Source: an uncultured Actinomycetota bacterium
GTDB lineage: Bacteria; Actinomycetota; Actinomycetes; Mycobacteriales; Mycobacteriaceae
Assembly: GCA_963724165.1 (NCBI GenBank)
Contig: CAVRTL010000006.1
Coordinates: 200,466 to 264,465, forward strand
Direction of reading: 5' to 3'
Length of the DNA stretch: 64,000 nt
Shown: positions 11,740 through 21,163 of the stretch, piece after piece
Layout: the number at the start of each line of letters is the position of its first letter
How positions within the stretch are numbered: the stretch's first letter is position 1
Program-made: the position numbers and the translations under genes
Notes under the pieces: generated by a model
Seen by the model: only the letters and a program-made list of their open reading frames with translations
What the model was told of the DNA's origin: nothing
The model's database searches: none

Positions 11740-11790
11740 GCGCGCTCAGGACGTCTACTGACGGGGCTCGGCGCGCAGCCCGCGCATCGG

Positions 11791-13071
<1,281 letters not shown>

Positions 13072-13345
13072 GGTGCTGAGGGCCTACTTCCTGTTCGCCG
13101 TTTGGTCGTGCTGTGCTGCATGTAATCCCCGACGCTACCCGCTTGCTCGGGCCCCACGCGACAATTGGCGCGAATCGCGTCGTTGATATTCATGGGTGTT
13201 CGTGCCGGTCCGTCTGAATGCAACATATAAGCAGACGGGGCCCGCCGCTCGCCGGGACGCGCCAGGCGTGTCGCGGTCGTTACCCGACCGAGGCTCCACG
13301 ATTGCCGGACCCTGCTGCGGGTGGTGCCCACCCTACAGTGGCCCT

Positions 13346-14254
13346 GTGGGAGTGGCCGCGTTCGGCGAAGCCGTGGTGATCGGCGACGGCGGCCTGGCCA
13401 CCGAGCTGGAGGCACGCGGTCACGACCTCTCCGACCCGTTGTGGTCGGCGCGGCTGCTGGCCGACGCCCCCCAGGAGATCGCCGCGGTGCACGCGGCGTA
13501 CTTTCGCGCCGGCGCGGCCGTCGTGACGACGGCCAGCTATCAGGCGTCATTCGAGGGCTTCGCCGCCCGCGGAATCGCCCGGGACGACGCCGCCGGGCTG
13601 CTGTGCCGCAGCATCGAACTCGCCAGGGCCGCGCGTGACGGGGCCGACGCGCCCGGCCTGGTCGTCGCCGCCTCGGTCGGGCCGTACGGGGCGGCGCTGG
13701 CCGACGGCTCCGAATACCGCGGGCGCTACGGGTTGTCGGTCGCGGCCCTGGCGCGCTGGCATCGGCCCCGGCTGGAGGTCCTGGCCGACGCCGGCGCCGA
13801 CGTGCTGGCTCTCGAGACGGTGCCCGACGTCGACGAGGCCGAAGCACTGGTAGCCCTGGTGCGCTCGGTGGGCGTGCCGGCGTGGCTCAGCTACACCGTC
13901 GAAGGAACCCGGACGCGCGCGGGGCAGCCGCTGGACGACGCGTTCGCCGTGGCGGCCGGTGTTCCCGAGATCGTCGCTGTCGGCGTGAACTGCTGCGCAC
14001 CCGACGACGTGCTCCCCGCGATCGCCCTTGCCGCCGGCGCCGGAAAGCCGATCATCGTCTACCCCAACAGCGGCGAGCGCTGGGACGCCGGGGAGTGGAC
14101 GGGTCCGCGCCGGTTTTCCGCGGAGCTGGCGGCGCAGTGGGTGGCCGCCGGAGCCCGCATCGTCGGCGGCTGCTGCCGGGTGGGGCCGGCGGACATCGCC
14201 GCCCTGCGCCCAGCGTGCATCCAGGGCGAAAAATCAGGCGAAAACTCGCCGTGA
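13346..14254 (+). CDS. mmuM: Homocysteine S-methyltransferase
   Basis: IGDGGLATELE, GPYGA, GVNC, YPNSGE and GGCCRVGP. Start moved to GTG 13346, 6 nt after TACAGT (13334-13339), consistent with a leaderless transcript. Confidence 0.93.
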   Translation: MGVAAFGEAVVIGDGGLATELEARGHDLSDPLWSARLLADAPQEIAAVHAAYFRAGAAVVTTASYQASFEGFAARGIARDDAAGLLCRSIELARAARDGADAPGLVVAASVGPYGAALADGSEYRGRYGLSVAALARWHRPRLEVLADAGADVLALETVPDVDEAEALVALVRSVGVPAWLSYTVEGTRTRAGQPLDDAFAVAAGVPEIVAVGVNCCAPDDVLPAIALAAGAGKPIIVYPNSGERWDAGEWTGPRRFSAELAAQWVAAGARIVGGCCRVGPADIAALRPACIQGEKSGENSP

Positions 14255-14275
14255 GTACACGCTCGGCGACGAAAG

Positions 14276-14911
14276 CTAGGCCGTTTGCGCCGACAGCTTC
14301 CGGTACTCCAGAACGGTGTCGATGATCCCGTAGTCCTTGGCCTCTTCGGCGGTCAGGATCTTGTCCCGGTCGGTGTCCTTGCGAATCACCGAGGCGTCCT
14401 TGTTGGTGTGGTGGGCCAGCGTGGTCTCCATCAGCGTGCGCATCCGCTCGATCTCGGCGGCCTGGATCTCCAGATCGGAGAACTGGCCCTGGATCACGCC
14501 CGTCAGCGACGGCTGGTGGATCAGGACGCGCGCGTTGGGCAGCGCCATGCGCTTGCCCGGCGTCCCGGCGGCCAGCAGCACCGCCGCGGCCGACGCGGCC
14601 TGGCCCAGGCACACCGTCTGGATGTCGGCGCGCACGTACTGCATGGTGTCGTAGATCGCCATCAGCGAGGTGAATCCCCCGCCGGGCGAGTTGATGTACA
14701 TGGTGATGTCGCGGTCGGGATCCAGCGACTCCAACACCAGCAGCTGCGCCATGATGTCGTTGGCCGAGGCGTCGTCGACCTGGACGCCGAGGAAGATGAT
14801 GCGTTCCTCGAACAGCTTGTTGTAGGGGTTGGACTCCTTGACGCCGAAGCTCGAGTGCTCGATGAACGACGGCAGGATGTACCGCGCCTGGGGCTGGATC
14901 TGAGGATTCAT
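14276..14911 (-). CDS. clpP2: Clp protease proteolytic subunit 2
   Basis: YINSPGG, AASAAA (catalytic Ser) and HQP. Overlaps the clpP1 stop (ATGA). Confidence 0.98.
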   Translation of the reverse strand: MNPQIQPQARYILPSFIEHSSFGVKESNPYNKLFEERIIFLGVQVDDASANDIMAQLLVLESLDPDRDITMYINSPGGGFTSLMAIYDTMQYVRADIQTVCLGQAASAAAVLLAAGTPGKRMALPNARVLIHQPSLTGVIQGQFSDLEIQAAEIERMRTLMETTLAHHTNKDASVIRKDTDRDKILTAEEAKDYGIIDTVLEYRKLSAQTA

Positions 14912-15501
14912 TGCGCTTCTCCGTTGACGTGGGCGCGGGTGATGATGTGGTCGACGAAACCGTATTCCAGGGCTTCCTCGGCGGTGAACCAGCGGTCCCG
15001 GTCGGAGTCCGCCTCGATTCGTTCGATGGGCTGTCCGGTGAACTCGGCGTTGAGCCGGAACATCTCCTTCTTGATGACGTGGAACTGCTCGGCCTGGATG
15101 GCGATGTCGGCCGCGCTGCCGGTCACCCCGCCCAGCGGCTGGTGCATCAGGATGCGTGCGTGCGGCAGCGCGTAGCGCTTGCCCTTGGTGCCCGCCGCGA
15201 GCAGGAACTCCCCCATCGAGGCGGCCATGCCCATCGCGTAGGTAGCGATGTCACACGGCGCCAGCACCATGGTGTCGTAGATCGCCATGCCCGCGCTGAT
15301 CGAGCCGCCCGGGGAGTTGATGTAGAGCGAGATGTCCTTGGTGGCGTCCTCGGCCGAGAGCAGCAGAATCTGCGCGCACAGCCGATTGGCGATCTCGTCG
15401 TTCACCTCCGAGCCCAGGAAAATGATGCGCTCGGAGAGCAAGCGCTCATAGACCGAGTCCGTGAGGTTGAGACCCTGCGAGTTCGAACGCATGTCAGTCA
15501 C
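14908..15501 (-). CDS. clpP1: Clp protease proteolytic subunit 1
   Basis: YINSPGGS, AASMG, HQP and DRDRWF. Confidence 0.98.
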   Translation of the reverse strand: MTDMRSNSQGLNLTDSVYERLLSERIIFLGSEVNDEIANRLCAQILLLSAEDATKDISLYINSPGGSISAGMAIYDTMVLAPCDIATYAMGMAASMGEFLLAAGTKGKRYALPHARILMHQPLGGVTGSAADIAIQAEQFHVIKKEMFRLNAEFTGQPIERIEADSDRDRWFTAEEALEYGFVDHIITRAHVNGEAQ

Positions 15502-15596
15502 GACTGGGTTACCTGCTTTCTCGAGTTCTTCTCTGTTCCGACCCTAACCAACCGAGCCCGCCGTGTGGCGGTCGCGCACCCCGCCAACAGGGCGCG

Positions 15597-15610
15597 TTCG
15601 CTCAGAGCGT
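15597..15610 (-). promoter_or_regulatory. ClgR activator site upstream of clpP1P2
   Basis: Minus strand ACGC-TCTGA-GCGAA matches the ClgR CGC-N5-GCG consensus. It lies upstream of a TAGGGT -10 at 15541-15546. Confidence 0.75.
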
Positions 15611-15621
15611 CATGAGTCGGG

Positions 15622-17106
15622 TCATTCTTGCGTGTCGGCGCCCACGGCTTCCGCTTCGACCGCCGCCCCGGCCTCCTCGGCCTCGGCCTCGCCGGCGTCG
15701 ACCGCCTCGTCTGCCTCCGCCCCGGCCTCCTCGGCCTCGGCCTCGCCGGCGTCGACCGCCTCGTCTGCCTCCGCCTCGGCCTCCGCGCGCTTGCCGAAGA
15801 AGTCGCTGGTGTCGATCGTGTTCCCGTCGCTGTCGGTGACCGTTGCCGCTTCGACCACGGCGGCCATCGTCAGCCCGCGCCGCACATCGGCGAACATGGC
15901 CGGCAGCTGGTTGTTCTCCTGCAGGTAGGCCAGCAGCTGCTGCGGCTCGATGCCGTACTGCCGGGACGTGGCGACCAGCCGCTCGGTCAGGTCGTCCTGG
16001 CCCACCTGGATCTCCAGGTCGTCGGCCAACGCGTCCAACACCAGCTGCCTCTTGACGTCATCCTCCGCGGCGGCGCGGGCCTCGGCATCGAACTCCTCGC
16101 GGGTCCTGCCCTGCTCGGCGAGCGTCTCGGCGAGCTTGGCCTCGTCGTGGTCCAGGCTGCTGAGCGCGTTGTGCACGGCACTGTCGTACTGGCTCTGCAC
16201 GACCGCCTCCGGTAGCGGCACGTCGACCTGCCCGAGCAGGGCCTCCATGGCGGCATCGCGGATCTTCTCGGCCTGCTGGGCCCGCTTGGTCTGGCGCACC
16301 TGGTCACGCAGGTTGGCGCGCAGCTCCTCGATGGTGTCGAACTCGCTGGCCAGCTGGGCGAACTCGTCGTCGGGCTCGGGCAGTTGGCGTTCCTTGACCG
16401 ACCGGACGGTGACGGTCACCTGCGCGTCCTGCCCCGCGTGCTCGCCGGCCGCCAGCTTGGCGGTGAACTCGCGGGACTCGTCGACGGACAGGCCGACCAG
16501 CGCGTCGTCGAGCCCCGCGATCAGCCGGCCCGAGCCCACCTCGTGGGACAGGCCCTCGGCGGCGGCGTTGGGAACCTCCTCGCCGTCGACGGTGGCCGAC
16601 AGGTCGATCGAGACGAAGTCACCCGTTGCCACCGGCCGCTCCACCCCGGTCAGGGTGCCGAAACGGGCTCGCAGCGACTCCAGCTCGGCGTCGACGTCCT
16701 CGTCGCTCACCTCGATCGGGTCCACCGAGACCCGTAGCGCGCTCAGATCCGGGAGGTCGATCTTGGGGCGGACGTCGACCTCCGCGGTGAACGCGAGCTC
16801 CTCGCCGTACTCCTTCTTGGTGACCTCGATCTCGGGCTGACCGAGCGGCTGGACCTCGGAGTCCATGACGGCCTGGCCGTAGCGGGCGGGCAGCGCCTCG
16901 TTGACCACCTGGTCGAGCATCGCCTCCCGGCCGAACCGGGCCTCGAGCAGCTTCGCCGGCGCCTTGCCGGGCCGGAAGCCCGGCAGCCGGATCTGCTTGG
17001 CCAGCTCCTTATACGCCCGCTGGAAATCGGGCTCGAGTTCTGTGAAAGGCACCTGCACGTTGATGCGCACCCGGGTGGGGCTCAATTGCTCGACGCTGCT
17101 CTTCAC
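15622..17106 (-). CDS. tig: Trigger factor
   Basis: PGFRPGKAP ribosome-binding motif, FKBP domain and acidic tail. Confidence 0.97.
   Translation of the reverse strand: MKSSVEQLSPTRVRINVQVPFTELEPDFQRAYKELAKQIRLPGFRPGKAPAKLLEARFGREAMLDQVVNEALPARYGQAVMDSEVQPLGQPEIEVTKKEYGEELAFTAEVDVRPKIDLPDLSALRVSVDPIEVSDEDVDAELESLRARFGTLTGVERPVATGDFVSIDLSATVDGEEVPNAAAEGLSHEVGSGRLIAGLDDALVGLSVDESREFTAKLAAGEHAGQDAQVTVTVRSVKERQLPEPDDEFAQLASEFDTIEELRANLRDQVRQTKRAQQAEKIRDAAMEALLGQVDVPLPEAVVQSQYDSAVHNALSSLDHDEAKLAETLAEQGRTREEFDAEARAAAEDDVKRQLVLDALADDLEIQVGQDDLTERLVATSRQYGIEPQQLLAYLQENNQLPAMFADVRRGLTMAAVVEAATVTDSDGNTIDTSDFFGKRAEAEAEADEAVDAGEAEAEEAGAEADEAVDAGEAEAEEAGAAVEAEAVGADTQE
15665..15772 (-). repeat. 54-bp tandem duplication in the tig acidic tail
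   Basis: Two copies starting at 15665 and 15719, encoding [18 protein letters not shown] twice. Confidence 0.9.
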
Positions 17107-17203
17107 GGGCGTGCTCCTCGGTGGTCGTTCCTGGCTTGTCTCTAAGGCTCGCTATTGGTGGCTTTTGGGTGCCCGCGCAATTGCGGCGCGGTGCCGGTCG
17201 CGC

Positions 17204-17280
17204 TGGTCGGGGTGACAGGATTTGAACCTGCGGCCTTCCGCTCCCAAAGCGGATGCGCTACCAAGCTGCGCTACACCCCG
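17204..17280 (-). tRNA. tRNA-Pro (TGG), CCA encoded
   Basis: CGGGGTGTAGCGCAGCTTGGTAGCGC...TCCGC-TT TGG GA-GCGGA...GGTTCAAATCC...CCCCGACCA. Confidence 0.97.
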
Positions 17281-17413
17281 CACTGACCAGGCGATCCTAC
17301 GGCCCGACCGTGCCGGCGTCGCAGCCGCCCACAGCCTCACAGAACCATCACGAAACCGCGTCGATTAGATTTGATCTACGCGGACCGATACAGTCTCGCT
17401 CGACTAAAACAAT

Positions 17414-17484
17414 GCGGGCGTAGCTCAATGGTAGAGCCCTAGTCTTCCAAACTAGCGACGCGGGTTCGATTCCCGTCGCCCGCT
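17414..17484 (+). tRNA. tRNA-Gly (TCC)
   Basis: GCGGGCGTAGCTCAATGGTAGAGC...CTAGT-CT TCC AA-ACTAG...GGTTCGATTCCCGTCGCCCGCT. Confidence 0.97.
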
Positions 17485-17515
17485 CGGGCTGATATCTGCT
17501 CGATAGAAAGGCGCC

Positions 17516-18715
17516 ATGAACGACGCCGGACCACACACTGACATCCATGGCTCGTGCGCGCCTGACTTCGTCCGGGTACGCGACGCGTTCGAGCGCAACT
17601 TCGCGCAGCACAGGGAGGTCGGCGCGGCGGTTGCCGCCTGGGTGGACGGCGACCTGGTGGTCAACCTGTGGGGCGGCTGGGCCGACGCGGCCCGCACCCG
17701 GCCCTGGCGGGAAACCACATTGACCACCGTGCTGTCCGGCACCAAGGGTCTGACGTCCACCTGCGTCCACCAGCTCGCCGACCGCGGCGAGCTGGACCTG
17801 CACGCCCCGGTGGCCCGCTACTGGCCCGAATTCGGGCAGGCGGGCAAGGAGGACATCACGCTCGCGATGGTGATGAGCCACCGCTCCGGCGTGATCGGGC
17901 CGCGCAACCGGATGAGGTGGGAAGAAGTCGCCGACTGGGACTTCGTCTGCGATCGGCTGGCCGCCGCGGAGCCGCGCTGGGAGCCGGGCACCGCCCAGGG
18001 CTACCACATGACCACCTTCGGTTTCATCCTCGGCGAGGTGTTCCGCCGGGTCACGGGTCGCACGGTCGGCCAGTACCTGCGCACCGAGATCGCCGAACCG
18101 ATCGGCGCCGATGTCCACATCGGCCTGTCGGCGGCCGAACAGCGCCGCTGCGCCGAGCGGGTGAACAAGCCGCACGCCCGGGGTCTGTTGGCCGAAGCGG
18201 ACGCCCCCGGCTATCCGACCAGCCTGACCGAACATCCCAAGGCGGCGCTTTCCATCTCGATGGGCTTCGCCCCCGACGACGAGCTGGGCTCCCACGACCT
18301 GCAACTGTGGCGGCAGCTCGAGTTCCCCGGCACCAACGGGCAGGTCTCGGCGCTGGGCCTGGCGACGTTCTACAACGCGCTCGCCCAGGAAAAGCTGCTG
18401 AGCCGCGAGCACATGGATCTGGTCCGGGTGTGCCAGGGCGGATCCGAAACCGACCTGGTGCTCGGCCCCCGCGTCGCCGACCACGGGTGGGGCCTGGGCT
18501 ACATGCTCAATCAGCGCCGCGTCAACGGGCCCAACCCGCGGATCTTCGGCCACGGCGGGCTGGGCGGGTCGTTCGGGTTCGTCGACCTCGAACACCGCAT
18601 CGGCTACGCGTACGTGATGAACCGCTTCGACGCCACCAAAGCCCATGCCGATCCGCGCAGCGTCGCCCTTAGCAACGAGGTCTACGCGGCGCTGGGCGTT
18701 CCGCTGGACGAGTAA
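17516..18715 (+). CDS. lipP: Beta-lactamase-family esterase/lipase (LipP-like)
   Basis: SxxK (SGTK), EPGTAQGYH and FGHGG motifs. Position matches Rv2463. Confidence 0.85.
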   Translation: MNDAGPHTDIHGSCAPDFVRVRDAFERNFAQHREVGAAVAAWVDGDLVVNLWGGWADAARTRPWRETTLTTVLSGTKGLTSTCVHQLADRGELDLHAPVARYWPEFGQAGKEDITLAMVMSHRSGVIGPRNRMRWEEVADWDFVCDRLAAAEPRWEPGTAQGYHMTTFGFILGEVFRRVTGRTVGQYLRTEIAEPIGADVHIGLSAAEQRRCAERVNKPHARGLLAEADAPGYPTSLTEHPKAALSISMGFAPDDELGSHDLQLWRQLEFPGTNGQVSALGLATFYNALAQEKLLSREHMDLVRVCQGGSETDLVLGPRVADHGWGLGYMLNQRRVNGPNPRIFGHGGLGGSFGFVDLEHRIGYAYVMNRFDATKAHADPRSVALSNEVYAALGVPLDE

Positions 18716-18908
18716 AGCCCGCGCCAGTTCTCGTGGCAGTGATTACCGTCCCAGTTCGGGCGCCAGGCGGGGTCCCAGAAGTTGCCCGGGCACCACTGCG
18801 GAAGGGGCCCGGCGCAGCGTTGACCTCCGCCGCCGCGCCAGCACCGGCGAGCCCCAGACCGAAGATCAGCGCGAAACCCGTTGCGGCCAAACGTGATGGA
18901 GTTTTCGT
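18682..18908 (-). pseudogene. Degenerate small secreted W/C-rich protein
   Basis: Signal peptide (T)KTPSRLAATGFALIFGLGLAGAGAAAEVNAAPGP starts at ACG after a GGAG SD. A 1-nt shift near 18800 joins it to PQWCPGNFWDPAWRPNWDGNHCH. Confidence 0.7.
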
Positions 18909-18978
18909 GCTCCAGCTCTACCCGCGCAATCTGAAGTGAAGCTGAAGTGGCCGGGTGACGGGCCAACAGTGGCCGAGG

Positions 18979-19782
18979 TTACTTCTGACAAGTCTTACAC
19001 CAGAACACATTTCGGCCCTCCAGCACCGCGGTGCGGACCGGCGAGCCGCACGCCCGGCATGGCTCGCCGGCGCGGCGGTACACATAGGTGCGGGGCCGCC
19101 CGGGCCGATACGAAGGAGGACCGTGATCGTGCTCGGTGCGCACCACAATGATCTTGCCGCGCGACAGCCCGACCTTCATCAGCGCCACCAGGTCGGCCCA
19201 CGCCGCGGCGAACTCCGCCTCGCCGACGTCGCGGCCCGGCCGGAAAGGGTCGATGCCGTGGCGAAACAACAACTCGCTGCGGTAGACGTTGCCGACGCCG
19301 GCGATGACGGCCTGGTCCATCAGCAGCACGCCAATGGGCCTGCGGGACTTCGCGATCCGCGCCCACGCCCAGGACGGATCGGCGTCCTTGCGCAACGGGT
19401 CGGGCCCGAGCTTGGCGATGACATCAGCGACTTGCCCTTCGTCGATGACCTCGCACACCGTCGGGCCGCGCAGGTCGGCCCCATGATCGGCGCCCACCAT
19501 CCGCATCCGCACCTGTCCGACCGGCTCGGGCAGCGCGGCGTCGTCCACCCGGGGCCATTCGGTGAACGTGCCGTACAGGCCCAGGTGCACGTGCACGATC
19601 GGGCCGCCGGCGTAGTGATGAAACAGGTGCTTGCCCCAGGCGCTGGCGCGGCGCAACTCCCGCCCGTCGACCACGGCCGCCGCGTCGAACCGCCCCTGTG
19701 GGCTGGACACCGCGACCGGTGCGCCGGCGAATCGCCGCTGGTGCAGCCTGGCCAGCCGGTGCAGCGTATGCCCTTCGGGCAT
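18979..19782 (-). CDS. nei1: Endonuclease VIII / Fpg-Nei family glycosylase Nei1
   Basis: N-terminal PEG, H2TH motif LLMDQ..IAGVGNVY and C-terminal zinc finger CRAC...CKTC. Confidence 0.93.
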   Translation of the reverse strand: MPEGHTLHRLARLHQRRFAGAPVAVSSPQGRFDAAAVVDGRELRRASAWGKHLFHHYAGGPIVHVHLGLYGTFTEWPRVDDAALPEPVGQVRMRMVGADHGADLRGPTVCEVIDEGQVADVIAKLGPDPLRKDADPSWAWARIAKSRRPIGVLLMDQAVIAGVGNVYRSELLFRHGIDPFRPGRDVGEAEFAAAWADLVALMKVGLSRGKIIVVRTEHDHGPPSYRPGRPRTYVYRRAGEPCRACGSPVRTAVLEGRNVFWCKTCQK

Positions 19783-19785
19783 CTC

Positions 19786-20265
19786 TTACGCCGGGGCGCC
19801 GGGCACCGGCGGCGCCTGATGCGTGCGCTCGTAGTCGGCAAGTATGTCGATACGACGTTGGTGGCGTTCGGCTTTCGAGAACGGTGTGGTCACGAAGGCG
19901 TCCACGAAGGTCAGCGCTTCCTCGACGGTGTGCATGCGGCCACCGATGCCGATCAACTGCGCGTTGTTGTGCTGCCGGGCCAGCGTCGCCGTCTCGACGC
20001 TCCACGCCAGCGCGCAGCGGGCGCCGGGCACCTTGTTCGCGGCGATCTGCTCACCGTTGCCCGAGCCGCCCAACACGATGCCCAGGCTGTCGGGGTCTGC
20101 GACCGTGCGCGTCGCGGCGGCGATGCAGAAAGCCGGGTAGTCGTCCTCGGCGTCGTAGTCGAAGGCACCGCAGTCGATCGGCTCGTGCCCGGCCTGCTCG
20201 AGGTGCTCGATGATTCGCTGCTTGAGCTCGAATCCGGCGTGGTCGGAACCCAGGTAGACGCGCAT
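19786..20265 (-). CDS. rpiB: Ribose-5-phosphate isomerase B
   Basis: GSDHAG, DDYP, GGSGNGE, ANKV and RHQRRI. Confidence 0.97.
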   Translation of the reverse strand: MRVYLGSDHAGFELKQRIIEHLEQAGHEPIDCGAFDYDAEDDYPAFCIAAATRTVADPDSLGIVLGGSGNGEQIAANKVPGARCALAWSVETATLARQHNNAQLIGIGGRMHTVEEALTFVDAFVTTPFSKAERHQRRIDILADYERTHQAPPVPGAPA

Positions 20266-20309
20266 GCCCGCAATCCTTACACAGCCGCGCGCGGGCGCAA
20301 CGCCGCCGG

Positions 20310-20420
20310 TTCGGTCGGCGATCGCAAGCGCGGCAAACCGGGCGCAGCGGGTCGCCGCCCATGGATTCGGTCGGCGATCGCAAGCGCGGCAAACCGGCGC
20401 AGCGGATCGCCGCCCATGGA
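20310..20420 (-). repeat. Two tandem 56/55-bp MIRU-like units between mrx2 and rpiB
   Basis: TTCGGTCGGCGATCGCAAGCGCGGCAAACCG(G)GCGCAGCGG.TCGCCGCCCATGGA at 20310 and 20366. Confidence 0.88.
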
Positions 20421-20421
20421 T

Positions 20422-21045
20422 TCAGTCGTATTCGGGCTTCTCGGTGCGGGTCCGCTTGAGCTCGAAGAAGTGCGGGTAGGACGCGAAGATCACCGAGGCG
20501 TCCCACAGCTTGCCCGCTTCCTCGCCGCGCGGAATCTTGGAGAGCACCGGCCCGAAGAACGCCACCCCGTTGACGTGGATGGTCGGCGTGCCGACGTCGT
20601 CGCCGACCGCGTCCATCCCGGCGTGGTGGCTCTTGCGCAGCGCCTCGTCGTAGGCGTCGCTGTCGGCGGCCTTCGCGAGTTCGGCCGGCAGGCCGGCGTC
20701 GGCAAGTGACAGCTTGATCACCTCGGGGAGGTCCTTGTTGTCCTCGTTGTGGATCCGGGTGCCCATCGCCGTGTACAGCGGGTCCAGGACCTTGGCGCCG
20801 TGGGCCTGCTCGGCGGCGATCGCCACCCGCACCGGTCCCCACGCGTGCTTCATCATCTCGCGGTATTTGTCGGGCAATCCCTCGCGGTTCTCGTTGAGGA
20901 TCGCCAGGCTCATGACGTGAAAATTCACCGTGATGTCGCGAACCTTCTCCACCTCGAGGATCCAGCGAGAGGTGATCCAGCACCATGGGCACAGCGGGTC
21001 GAACCAGAAATCGGCTTGGGATTTGGCGGGGGCCTCGGCAGGCAT
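20422..21045 (-). CDS. mrx2: Mycothiol-dependent reductase / mycoredoxin-2 (Rv2466c-like, DsbA fold)
   Basis: [10 protein letters not shown] (CPWC), VGTPTI and FFGPV motifs. Confidence 0.92.
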   Translation of the reverse strand: MPAEAPAKSQADFWFDPLCPWCWITSRWILEVEKVRDITVNFHVMSLAILNENREGLPDKYREMMKHAWGPVRVAIAAEQAHGAKVLDPLYTAMGTRIHNEDNKDLPEVIKLSLADAGLPAELAKAADSDAYDEALRKSHHAGMDAVGDDVGTPTIHVNGVAFFGPVLSKIPRGEEAGKLWDASVIFASYPHFFELKRTRTEKPEYD

Positions 21046-21096
21046 AACGGCAGTCCTCTCCTAGAGATCTCGAGACGCGCACAACACCGTCCAGCA

Positions 21097-21123
21097 CAAC
21101 CGTAGTCGCCGCGCATGTGTTCC
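21097..21123 (-). promoter_or_regulatory. SigH-type promoter of mrx2
   Basis: Minus strand GGAAC-N17-GGTTG. The Rv2466c ortholog is an established SigH-regulon gene. Confidence 0.8.
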
Positions 21124-21163
21124 GACCCGCCACTGCACGGCTCCTGCACGTAAGTTAGGAACC

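Noticed and set aside
20310-20420. Possible mini-CRISPR
   Set aside because: Two head-to-tail units with no spacer.
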